Source: Candidatus Gottesmanbacteria bacterium UBA5942 (GTDB taxonomy: Bacteria; Patescibacteriota; Microgenomatia; UBA10105; UBA927). Taken from it: a DNA stretch of 50,108 bases. This document shows positions 27,072 through 35,981 of this stretch, one piece after another. The stretch spans positions 1 through 50,108 of the forward strand of contig DJCU01000021.1 in NCBI GenBank assembly GCA_002430725.1, in the 5' to 3' direction. Each line of letters starts with the position of its first letter. Positions within the stretch are counted from its first letter, which is position 1. The position numbers and the translations under genes are program-made. Below the pieces are notes generated by a model. That model saw only the letters and a program-made list of their open reading frames with translations. It was not told where the DNA came from and ran no database searches.

Positions 27072-28367
27072 ATGACTATTTCTTTTATTGGCCATGGATA
27101 TGTTGGTCTTGTGACAGCCGCTGTTTTTGCTGATTTAGGTAATACTGTATGGGTTGTCGGACGTACAAAAGAAAAGATAGAGCGTCTCAAAAAGGGCGAT
27201 CCACTTATTTATGAACCCGGATTAGAGGAATTACTGAAGCGAAACCTTGCCGCAGGGAGGCTGAAGTTTACCCTTGATTACAAAGAAGCGGTTGTCGCGT
27301 CAGAAGTAGTATTTATTGCAGTTGGGACGCCATCAAAGGAAAACGGTGAGGCAGACTTGAGTCAGGTGTTTGCAGCTGCTGAAGAAATCGGGAAATCATT
27401 GGTAGGATATAAGGTGGTTGTGACCAAAAGCACAGTGCCGCCCGGAACAGGCAAAAAAGTTGCAGCGATTATTGAGCGTGTACATCCGGCAGGTTCTTCA
27501 TTTGCGATTGCATCTGCACCAGAGTTTTTGCGTGAAGGTACAGGATTATCAGATACCTTACATCCAGATCGCGTAGTGATTGGCACAAATTCTGATAGAG
27601 CAAGAGATATATTAGTTGAATTGCACAAACCTATAGACGGTAAAAAGGTGCTTTGTAACGTAGAAACAGCAGAGCTTATCAAATACGCATCAAATTCAAT
27701 GTTAGCCACCAAGATATCATTTGCGAACGCTATTTCGTTTTTGGCAGAGAAAGTGGGCGCAGATGTGGAACGCGTACTTGAAGGTGTTGGTCTTGATAAC
27801 CGGATAGGGAGAAGCTTTCTCTATCCAGGGGTTGGGTATGGCGGGAGTTGCTTCCCGAAAGATGTGAAAGCGCTGATTGCGATAGCGCATGAATATAAAT
27901 ATGATTTCACTCTGCTTCGCGCAGTACATGATATAAACATGGAGGCGAGAGAAAATTTTGTGAAGAAAATCGTATCGCATTTTGGTTCACTGAAAGGAAA
28001 ACGTATCGCCATATTGGGGCTCGCGTTTAAACCAGATACCGATGACATGCGAGAGGCACCGTCTTTGGATATTATTTCATCGCTTATGGATAAAGGTGCT
28101 GAAATTGTCGCATTTGATCCGATAGCCATGAAAAAAGCACAAGATAAACTCCCAAAGGGAGTAGAGTTTGCGACAGATCCGTATGACGCGGCAAAAGGAG
28201 CAGATGCCGTAGCAATTATTACGGAGTGGAACGAATTCCGACAAATTGACCTTGTCCGTCTAGCCAAAGGCATGAAACATTTGGTATTATTCGATGGGAG
28301 AAATATTTATGAACCCACCAAAGTGCGGGAGCTAGGGTTCATGTATTACGGTGTTGGTAGAATGTAA
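27072..28367 (+). CDS. ugd: UDP-glucose/GDP-mannose dehydrogenase
   Basis: GHGYVG, KSTVPPG, PEFLREG, GYGGSCFPKD, AFKPDTDDMRE, DGRN. Confidence 0.93.
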   Translation: MTISFIGHGYVGLVTAAVFADLGNTVWVVGRTKEKIERLKKGDPLIYEPGLEELLKRNLAAGRLKFTLDYKEAVVASEVVFIAVGTPSKENGEADLSQVFAAAEEIGKSLVGYKVVVTKSTVPPGTGKKVAAIIERVHPAGSSFAIASAPEFLREGTGLSDTLHPDRVVIGTNSDRARDILVELHKPIDGKKVLCNVETAELIKYASNSMLATKISFANAISFLAEKVGADVERVLEGVGLDNRIGRSFLYPGVGYGGSCFPKDVKALIAIAHEYKYDFTLLRAVHDINMEARENFVKKIVSHFGSLKGKRIAILGLAFKPDTDDMREAPSLDIISSLMDKGAEIVAFDPIAMKKAQDKLPKGVEFATDPYDAAKGADAVAIITEWNEFRQIDLVRLAKGMKHLVLFDGRNIYEPTKVRELGFMYYGVGRM

Positions 28368-28381
28368 TAATTTTTTTAAAG

Positions 28382-28446
28382 AGGAGGCTCGCCTAAGCTT
28401 CCTTTAAGCCTTTTTATTCGGCTTAAAGAGCGCTTGAGCGGCGGGT
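28382..28446 (+). other. Long imperfect RNA hairpin immediately after an AGGAGG in the intergenic region
   Basis: GCTCGCC/GGCGGGT, AAGC/GCTT and CTTTAAGCC/GGCTTAAAG arms around a TTTTTATTC loop. Confidence 0.65.
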
Positions 28447-28457
28447 AACAAAAGTAT

Positions 28458-29414
28458 ATGGCTAAAAAAGCATTGATCACAGGAATAGCAGGTTTTGTCG
28501 GTAGCCACATGGCAGAACTTTTGCTTTCGAAAGGTTTTGAAGTGTATGGTTTGAGCCGCTCACGAAGCAAAATGGATCATATTGAGTCGATTAAGTCACA
28601 GCTTCATCTCGAAGATGCTGACTTACTAGACAGCCATAGTTTGTATACGACTATCAATAAGATCAAGCCGGATTATATTTTTCATCTTGCAGCGCAATCA
28701 TTTGTGCCGACATCGTGGGGATCACCGGCTGTGACACTCGAAGTCAACATCGTAGGAAGCGCCAACGTATTTGAAGCAGTCCGTCAGGTAGGGATTGACC
28801 CTGTTATCCAAATTGCTTGTTCCTCTGAAGAGTACGGATTGGTGTACGAAAACGAAATTCCCATCAAAGAAACCAATCCTTTGCGTCCACTTTCGCCATA
28901 CGCGGTCAGTAAGCTGGCGATGGATTATTTAGGGTATCAATATTATGAATCGTACAAGATGCGCATTATCCGGACGCGTGGATTTAATCATACAGGCCCG
29001 AGGCGCGGAGATACATTTGCAGAGTCTACGTTTGCGAAGCAAATAGCGCTTATTGAAAAAGGCAAACAGGAGCCGGTTATCTATGTCGGCAATCTGGAAG
29101 CATCACGTGATTATACCGATGTCCGCGACATGGTAAAAGCGTATCTTTTGGCCGTAGAAAAATGTGATCCGGGCGAAGTTTATAACATTGCTACGGGTAC
29201 GACCATAAAGATTTCTGATGTCTTGAAGATGATGTTGGGTATGAGTAAAGTGAAAGTAGAAATTAAGGAAGATCCAAAGAGAATGCGACCTTCAGATGTT
29301 CCCATCCTTATTGGAGACAACACAAAGTTTGTCGAAAAAACCGGATGGAAGCCTGAGGTGCCCTTCACCAAGACTGCTGAGGACCTTCTCAACTACTGGA
29401 GAGAGCGAGTATAG
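28458..29414 (+). CDS. GDP-mannose 4,6-dehydratase / Rmd-like extended SDR
   Basis: ITGIAGFVG, HLAAQSFV, SPYAVSK, FNHTGPRR, GNLEASRDYTDVRD; FNHTGP differs from the FNHES of canonical Gmd. Confidence 0.85.
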   Translation: MAKKALITGIAGFVGSHMAELLLSKGFEVYGLSRSRSKMDHIESIKSQLHLEDADLLDSHSLYTTINKIKPDYIFHLAAQSFVPTSWGSPAVTLEVNIVGSANVFEAVRQVGIDPVIQIACSSEEYGLVYENEIPIKETNPLRPLSPYAVSKLAMDYLGYQYYESYKMRIIRTRGFNHTGPRRGDTFAESTFAKQIALIEKGKQEPVIYVGNLEASRDYTDVRDMVKAYLLAVEKCDPGEVYNIATGTTIKISDVLKMMLGMSKVKVEIKEDPKRMRPSDVPILIGDNTKFVEKTGWKPEVPFTKTAEDLLNYWRERV

Positions 29415-29428
29415 TGAGCTCTGCCAAT

Positions 29429-30541
29429 ATGAAAGCAGTTATAATCCTCCCGACATATAACGAGCGGGAAAACATTAAAGCCATGCTCACAAAGCTTGTG
29501 AGCGTGACCCGTCTCATAAAAGGTTATACATTCACCTATCTTGTCGTGGATGATACGTCTCCTGATGGTACACAAGATGTCGTGAAGGATTTTGCGAAAA
29601 GCAATCCAAATGTCAAAATTTTGAGTGGACAAAAAGAAGGATTGGGCAAAGCATTACTTCGTGGGATGACCTATGCTATCGACACCCTCAAAGCAGATGT
29701 TATTGCTCAAATGGATGCGGATTTGTCACATGACCCCGATCGATTACCGGAATTTTTCAAAAAAATATCCGAAGGAGATGATTTTGTTGTGGGAAGTAGG
29801 TATATACGAGGCGGTTCTATACCAGAAAATTGGGGTTTACATCGGAAAATTTTTAGTGTGGTTGGTAATGCGATTGTACGTTTTGGACTTGGATTTCCGT
29901 ATGTGCACGATTGGACGGGGGGATATCGGGTGTTTAAGAAAGAATATTTTGAAAAAGCGAAGGCAAAAGTCTCCCGTTATAGTGGTTATGTATATCAGAT
30001 AGCATTTCTCCACAACGCTATTATTGAAGGCGCGCGCATCGGAGAAGTGCCAATTCATTTTACCGATCGTAGATTTGGTAGATCAAAGATCGCACCGCTT
30101 CAGTATATACGTAACGTTTTTATTTATGTTGGAACTGCGAGAGCAAAACAGCTCCGACATGGCCCGTTTGCGAAGTTTGCTGTAGTAGGGAGCGTTGGAT
30201 TTATTATAAACACCACGATATTAGAGCTTATGGTAGGGAGAGGTTTTCATCCTGCTATGGGAAGCGCTATCGGAGCTGAGTGCGCTATCATCTCTAATTT
30301 CTTTTTTAACAATAATTGGACATTTAGAGGAAAACGTATCCAAGGACTTCGGGTGATACCGAAGTTTTTGCAGTTTAATGCAACAAGCATCGGAGCACTC
30401 CTCATTCAGTCAGGTACTGTGGCATTAGGTACTGCGCTGTTTGGAGTTTCTATGTATCGATGGTTTTATCTTCTCGGGGTCGGCATCGGGCTCATATGGA
30501 ACTACACGATGTATTCGAAAGTCATCTGGAAGAATAAATAA
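29429..30541 (+). CDS. Polyprenol-phosphate glycosyltransferase (DPM1-like GT2) fused to a GtrA-like domain
   Basis: PTYNERENI, DDTSPDGT, MDADLSH, GSRY, FTDRRFGRSK; C-terminal KFAVVG...NFFFNNNWTF. Confidence 0.9.
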   Translation: MKAVIILPTYNERENIKAMLTKLVSVTRLIKGYTFTYLVVDDTSPDGTQDVVKDFAKSNPNVKILSGQKEGLGKALLRGMTYAIDTLKADVIAQMDADLSHDPDRLPEFFKKISEGDDFVVGSRYIRGGSIPENWGLHRKIFSVVGNAIVRFGLGFPYVHDWTGGYRVFKKEYFEKAKAKVSRYSGYVYQIAFLHNAIIEGARIGEVPIHFTDRRFGRSKIAPLQYIRNVFIYVGTARAKQLRHGPFAKFAVVGSVGFIINTTILELMVGRGFHPAMGSAIGAECAIISNFFFNNNWTFRGKRIQGLRVIPKFLQFNATSIGALLIQSGTVALGTALFGVSMYRWFYLLGVGIGLIWNYTMYSKVIWKNK

Positions 30542-32133
30542 TGACCAAGATATCTGCAATTTTCAAACGCATTACTCCTTTTATACCTGCGATAGCACTG
30601 CTTTTTATATTGCTTCTGGGTGCTTACTTACGATTGTACCGAATTCCAGAATATATGACGTTTTTGGGCGATGAGGGAAGAGATATGCTGGTTATCAAAA
30701 GAATGATCGTGGATCATAAATTTACGCTTTTGGGTCCAACCGCGTCAGTGGGTGGATTTTTCTTGGGTCCGATTTATTACTATTTCATGCTGCCATTTGT
30801 GTGGGTTTCTGGCTTAAATCCAGCTGGTGCAGCTGTTATGGTAGCATTATTTGGCATTGCGACCATTTACATGGTGTATCGCTTAGGACGTGATGTGTTT
30901 GGAGTGGGAGTGGGGCTAGTTGCTGCCGCGTTGCATAGTCTTTCGCCTGTCGTTATCGCATATTCTCGCTCTTCATGGAACCCAAATCTTGTTCCATTTT
31001 TTTCGACACTTCTTATGTGGTTAATGTGGCGATCTATCGTTAAAAATGAGCGTAGATTATTGTTTTGGGTAGGTATTTGTTTGGGTATAGGATTACAGCT
31101 TCATTACCTGTTTCTTTTCCTATTTCCCGTAGTTGGCTTGTGGTATCTCCTGTACGGACGAAATCGTGCTTGGCTTCCATATTACGCGCTGGGGATTGTC
31201 GGATTTGTGGTAGGCTACGGGCCATTTTTGGCATTTGAGTTGCGGCATGGGTTTCCTAACACTATATCTATTTATAATTTTCTACGGGAGGGCGAGGGTA
31301 CTGGGTTAGTGTTTGAAACTTTTTGGAAAAATATTGCTGATGTTTCGTATCGATTATTTGGGCGACTTGTGTTTCGTTTGCCTCCTCCCGAACAATACGT
31401 CAATGTTTCTGCCATGAGTCAGATGCTTTGGACAATCGGCACAAAATTTGCGCTCTATACATCAGTCGTTCTTCTCGGAGCTTTTCTTATTATTCCGAGG
31501 CGTTTTATGCAGTATTTTAAAGAGAAGGGGTATCTACAATTCCGTCAAGGTGCCACTCTTTTCCTTTTGTGGTTTGTTGTGCCACTATTTCTTTTTGGGT
31601 TATATAAAAAAGGAATATATGAATATTATTTCGGATTGTTTTTTGCTCTTCCGTTTTTGCTGACGGCGCTTATTATAAAAAGCGCATACATGAAGGTTTT
31701 TGGTAAAGTAGTGGCGATTGTCGCGGTGCTTGGACTCATGTATCTTAACTGGGAGGGGCGACCGTTTAAATTTGAGCCGAATAATCAGCTTGAGCAGGCA
31801 AAGACGATTTCGGCAGCCGCGTATGAAAAAGCGGAGGGGAAGCCATATAATTTCGCACTTATTACGGGTGGAAATTCGGATCACGCCTACCGGTATTTTT
31901 TTGAGATTTGGGGTAACCCGCCCGTTACAATTGAAAATACTGACATTGATCCGGAGCGCAACAGTGTGACGGATCAGTTGATCATTATATGTGAATCAGC
32001 AGAGTGTAAGCCATTGGGACATCCATTGTGGGAGATAGCAGGGTTTGGTCGGGCAGAGATCGCTGGCGAGTGGCAGGTATCATTTGTTAAAATTATGAAG
32101 CTCGTTCATTACAAGGGAGAAGACGCACTATGA
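30541..32133 (+). CDS. GT-C-fold membrane glycosyltransferase (PMT_2/ArnT-like)
   Basis: LRLYR...FLGDEGRD, GPIYYY, SRSSWNPN; about 11 TMs. Confidence 0.85.
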   Translation: MTKISAIFKRITPFIPAIALLFILLLGAYLRLYRIPEYMTFLGDEGRDMLVIKRMIVDHKFTLLGPTASVGGFFLGPIYYYFMLPFVWVSGLNPAGAAVMVALFGIATIYMVYRLGRDVFGVGVGLVAAALHSLSPVVIAYSRSSWNPNLVPFFSTLLMWLMWRSIVKNERRLLFWVGICLGIGLQLHYLFLFLFPVVGLWYLLYGRNRAWLPYYALGIVGFVVGYGPFLAFELRHGFPNTISIYNFLREGEGTGLVFETFWKNIADVSYRLFGRLVFRLPPPEQYVNVSAMSQMLWTIGTKFALYTSVVLLGAFLIIPRRFMQYFKEKGYLQFRQGATLFLLWFVVPLFLFGLYKKGIYEYYFGLFFALPFLLTALIIKSAYMKVFGKVVAIVAVLGLMYLNWEGRPFKFEPNNQLEQAKTISAAAYEKAEGKPYNFALITGGNSDHAYRYFFEIWGNPPVTIENTDIDPERNSVTDQLIIICESAECKPLGHPLWEIAGFGRAEIAGEWQVSFVKIMKLVHYKGEDAL

Positions 32134-32882
32134 TCAAACCATTTCTTTCTATTGTTATACCCTCGTATAACGAAGAGACAAACATTCGTTTAGGAGCACT
32201 GGATAAAGTGTCGCGATATTTGGAACGACAATCGTACTCTTGGGAAGTGATTGTAGTAGACGATGGATCGAAGGATAATTCACCGAGAATATTGGATAAT
32301 TTTGTCAAAGCAAATAAAGGATTTCGCGTGCTTCACGAACCACACCGCGGGAAAGCGGCAACGGTTATAGCAGGGGTGTCTGAGGCGGTAGGATCGCTTG
32401 TCGTATTTACTGATTTAGATCAGGCAACACCTATTTCGCAATTGGAAAAAATTCTTCCCTGGTTTGATCGAGGGTTCGATGTCGTGATAGGAAGTCGTAA
32501 CAGAAGAAGAGAGGGTGCACCCATTTCTCGAGTTTTGATGGCGAGGGGTTTTATGATACTTAGGAGTGTATTGTTGGGTCTTCGGGGAATAACTGATACA
32601 CAGTGTGGATTTAAAGGATTTCGGAAGGCTGCAGCCCATCAGATTTTTTCTAAACTAGAGCTGTATGGACATAACCATCAAGTGAATGGTCCAATGGTGA
32701 CTGCTGGATTTGATATAGAATCATTGTTTTTAGCCAAAAAATTAGGATATAAAATAAAAGAAGTGCCCGTTGAGTGGCACTATGTAGAAACCCGAAGAGT
32801 GAACCCCATAAAAGATTCCTGGCAGGGATTGTTAGACATGCTGCGTATTCGCCTCAACGCATGGCAGGGAAAGTATCGATAA
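32130..32882 (+). CDS. Polyprenol-phosphate glucosyltransferase (ALG5-like GT2)
   Basis: IPSYNEE, VDDGSKD, GKAATV, TDLDQATP, DTQCGFK, FDIE. Confidence 0.88.
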   Translation: MIKPFLSIVIPSYNEETNIRLGALDKVSRYLERQSYSWEVIVVDDGSKDNSPRILDNFVKANKGFRVLHEPHRGKAATVIAGVSEAVGSLVVFTDLDQATPISQLEKILPWFDRGFDVVIGSRNRRREGAPISRVLMARGFMILRSVLLGLRGITDTQCGFKGFRKAAAHQIFSKLELYGHNHQVNGPMVTAGFDIESLFLAKKLGYKIKEVPVEWHYVETRRVNPIKDSWQGLLDMLRIRLNAWQGKYR

Positions 32883-32910
32883 TACAAAGTGAAGAGTAAG
32901 GATACATGAC

Positions 32911-34059
32911 ATGACTATACGTAATGAGAAAAATAATCTTCTCTTGGTAGGTTTCATCGCTTGTTCTATAGCGCTTGTATTGTTTAGTTATACTCAGGTT
33001 GATTTAAATCTCACCCTCTCTCGTGCAAGTATATGGCAGAGTATTCAGAAGGCATTTCAATATATAGGATATTATCAACGTCCGCTTGCGACCCTGCTTT
33101 ATGGCGCTATCATTGTTTCGCTGTATGGCATATATCTAGCATTGTTAGGTCGTATTAAGCGAGGGGTTGTAGATATATCGTTTGTCAGAAAAATAATTAT
33201 TGCAGTCGCGGTGATTATTGTATTTTCATATCCTTCAGCATTTTCGTATGACTTTTTTAACTACTTGTTCACTGCAAAAACTGTATTGGTTTATCACCAA
33301 AACCCGTATGCAGTGACCCCGTTACAGTTTAGCGGCATCGATCCCTGGACAAACTTTATGCGTTGGACACATTTATCCAGTGCATACACGCCATTTTGGA
33401 TATTTTTAAGCCTTATTCCGTATCTTGTGGGACTTGGATATTTTATACTCGTGCTGTTTGCGACCAAATTTATGGTGGCAGGATTTTATCTTCTTGCGAG
33501 TTTTGCACTCAGTAAAGCATTGGAGGCAGGTAACGCAAAGCATCATGTGTATGGTGTTGCTCTGTTTTCGCTTAACCCCCTTATCCTCATTGAATCGCTG
33601 GTGAGCGGTCATAACGATATAGTACTGGTGGCATTTGCCATGTTATCTGTCGCTTCTTATCTTAAGAAAGACTTGTTGCGTTCGTGGGTACATTTATCTC
33701 TTTCAATTGCTGCAAAATTTATGACAATTTTTTTAATCCCTGTGTATGTATTGAAAAAAGGAAGAATATGGATGCTAGGAGCTTTGGCATTTGGACTATC
33801 ACTCGTGTTGCTGCGGCGTGAATTTTTACCTTGGTATTGGGTGTGGTTGTTGCCGTTTGTGGCGCTCAATGCTGAAAAAGAAAAATTAGTGCGTATGGCG
33901 ATTGTCGTTTCTGCAGGGCTCGTAGCAAGCTATGCCGCGTTTATATATTTTGGTGAGTACTCCGAGGTTATGCAAGCATGGAAAACAGGAATGATATGGG
34001 GTAGTGTAGGGATAGGAGCGATGTCTGCTTTGATACCGACTAAAACGAACCGTGCTTGA
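32911..34059 (+). CDS. GT-C-fold glycosyltransferase, MptA/MptB-like
   Basis: SYDFFNY, NPY...DPW, SAYTPFW, LNPLILIE...GHND. Confidence 0.75.
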   Translation: MTIRNEKNNLLLVGFIACSIALVLFSYTQVDLNLTLSRASIWQSIQKAFQYIGYYQRPLATLLYGAIIVSLYGIYLALLGRIKRGVVDISFVRKIIIAVAVIIVFSYPSAFSYDFFNYLFTAKTVLVYHQNPYAVTPLQFSGIDPWTNFMRWTHLSSAYTPFWIFLSLIPYLVGLGYFILVLFATKFMVAGFYLLASFALSKALEAGNAKHHVYGVALFSLNPLILIESLVSGHNDIVLVAFAMLSVASYLKKDLLRSWVHLSLSIAAKFMTIFLIPVYVLKKGRIWMLGALAFGLSLVLLRREFLPWYWVWLLPFVALNAEKEKLVRMAIVVSAGLVASYAAFIYFGEYSEVMQAWKTGMIWGSVGIGAMSALIPTKTNRA

Positions 34060-34366
34060 TAATGCCAATGACAATAAGTCCTTGAACCACAATAAGCGCC
34101 CCATTAACGGTAATGATTGGTTTTTCTCTATGAAGCAGTCCATAGCTTAGCCAAAAGCAGGAGCCGAGGAAAAAGCCCGTCCACGAAACGAGCGACACCC
34201 CAGCTACATCGGGAGAAGTCCAGATGGTGAATAGCTGTGGGATATTAACAGCCACTGTGATTGCTCCCATGAGATATGCCGATTTATCCAAAAGCCGTAA
34301 TAGTGTCGCTTTTTGCTTATTTTTGTGTGCGTGCCTATGTATCGCGTGATGCATCCCAGTTTGCAT
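34040..34366 (-). CDS. SemiSWEET/PQ-loop-family transporter
   Basis: IPQLFTIW...AGVSLVSW...WLSYG...PIITVN; three TMs. Confidence 0.85.
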   Translation of the reverse strand: MQTGMHHAIHRHAHKNKQKATLLRLLDKSAYLMGAITVAVNIPQLFTIWTSPDVAGVSLVSWTGFFLGSCFWLSYGLLHREKPIITVNGALIVVQGLIVIGIIKHGSF

Positions 34367-34454
34367 AACTAAAACAAGTGTAGCATACCGTATCTTTGTT
34401 CTGAGTGTTTTGGCTTCACTGTTATGCCATGAGTAGGATATAATTGGTGTAGGT

Positions 34455-35981
34455 ATGCGATTTTTGTCTAAACAGTGGTTTTGGATTACGTTTGGATTAG
34501 GAATTCTTCTTATCCTTTATGCCGCACTGCGGCTCACTAACCTAACAGGGTTACCTATATTTACCGATGAAGCGATATATATCCGGTGGTCTCAGATAGG
34601 GTCGAGAGATGCGGCCTGGCGATTTATCTCACTTTCAGATGGGAAACAGCCGATGTTTACCTGGATTATGATGGGGCTTTTCAAATTATTTGAAGGCGCT
34701 GACCCGCTATTTATCGGTAGGTTAACGTCTGTGATTGCGGGGGCCGGAACACTCATAGGTTTGTGGGTATTATCGTACGAATTATTTAAGGACAAAAGGG
34801 TAGCGTGGCTTTCAAGTTTCATATATATCGTATTGCCTTTCAGTATGTGGTATGACCGGATGGCACTCTACGACTCGCTGGCTGCAACTTTTTTTGTTTG
34901 GGGTCTGTATGTAGGTGTATTGCTCGCGCGATATGTTCGCTTGGATTTGGCTCTCATATTGGGAATGGTTCTCGCAGCTGGGATGCTCAATAAAAGTTCT
35001 GGATTTTTGACCCTTTATTGTATTCCCGCGACATTACTGGTATTCGATTGGCAGTCAAAGCATTGGATGAAGCGTCTGGCGCGATGGGCACTTTTGGTGT
35101 TTATTGCTGCGGTGCTTTCACAAGTGTTTTATAGCGTGCTTCGACTTTCTCCATTTTTCCATTTAGTTGGGCAAAAAGACAATGTATTTGTGTTCACGTT
35201 TTCTGAGTGGTTTAACCAGCCATTTCGATTTTTTGCGGGAAACTTACGCGGTTTGTTTGATTGGTTGCGGGTATACATGACGCTTCCATTATTTATCATG
35301 GCATTCGTCCCGTTATTTGCGAGATGGCCAAAGTTTCGCGAAAGCCTCTTGTTGTATCTTTATTGGGCTTTACCGTTTGTGGCACTGGCAAATTTTGGAA
35401 AAATTCTTTATCCCCGATATATTTTATTTATGACCATGCCGCTCCTTATCATAGCGGCACACGCCTTTGTTCGTTTATGGGAGCGTAACCGCACGCTAGT
35501 TCGCAGATTTTTATTGGTAAGTTTGGTGTTTGTCCCGAGTGTGTATATATCAAGCGTTATCATGATGAGCCCGAAAGAGGCACTCATTCCACTTGCTGAT
35601 CGAGGGCAGTTTATTGATGATTGGCCTGCTGGAGGGGGAGTTAAAGAAGTCGTTTCCTACCTCTCAGCCGAGGCAAAACAACAAAAGTTACATGTGTTTA
35701 CTGAGGGAACGTTTGGACTCATGCCGTATGCTCTGGAAATGTACCTTGTTGATAACCCGAACGTAAAAATCACCGGTATTTGGCCACTTCCTGTCGCGAT
35801 ACCTGATAGCATCGTGAAGTCGGCATCGATGAGCGCCACGTACTTTGTACTCAATGAAACGCAGGTTATTCCCGAAAAATGGCCAATTACGCTTATTGGG
35901 GAGTATGAAAAAGGGAAGCGTGCAGATCACAAGAAGCTCCGCTTTTTTAGGGTAGGATCGTATCCATCAACCTTACCATGA
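34455..35981 (+). CDS. GT-C-fold membrane glycosyltransferase (PMT_2-like)
   Basis: LRL...PIFTDEAIY, GKQPMF, GRLTSV, YDRMALYD; TATAAT 10 nt upstream. Confidence 0.85.
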   Translation: MRFLSKQWFWITFGLGILLILYAALRLTNLTGLPIFTDEAIYIRWSQIGSRDAAWRFISLSDGKQPMFTWIMMGLFKLFEGADPLFIGRLTSVIAGAGTLIGLWVLSYELFKDKRVAWLSSFIYIVLPFSMWYDRMALYDSLAATFFVWGLYVGVLLARYVRLDLALILGMVLAAGMLNKSSGFLTLYCIPATLLVFDWQSKHWMKRLARWALLVFIAAVLSQVFYSVLRLSPFFHLVGQKDNVFVFTFSEWFNQPFRFFAGNLRGLFDWLRVYMTLPLFIMAFVPLFARWPKFRESLLLYLYWALPFVALANFGKILYPRYILFMTMPLLIIAAHAFVRLWERNRTLVRRFLLVSLVFVPSVYISSVIMMSPKEALIPLADRGQFIDDWPAGGGVKEVVSYLSAEAKQQKLHVFTEGTFGLMPYALEMYLVDNPNVKITGIWPLPVAIPDSIVKSASMSATYFVLNETQVIPEKWPITLIGEYEKGKRADHKKLRFFRVGSYPSTLP

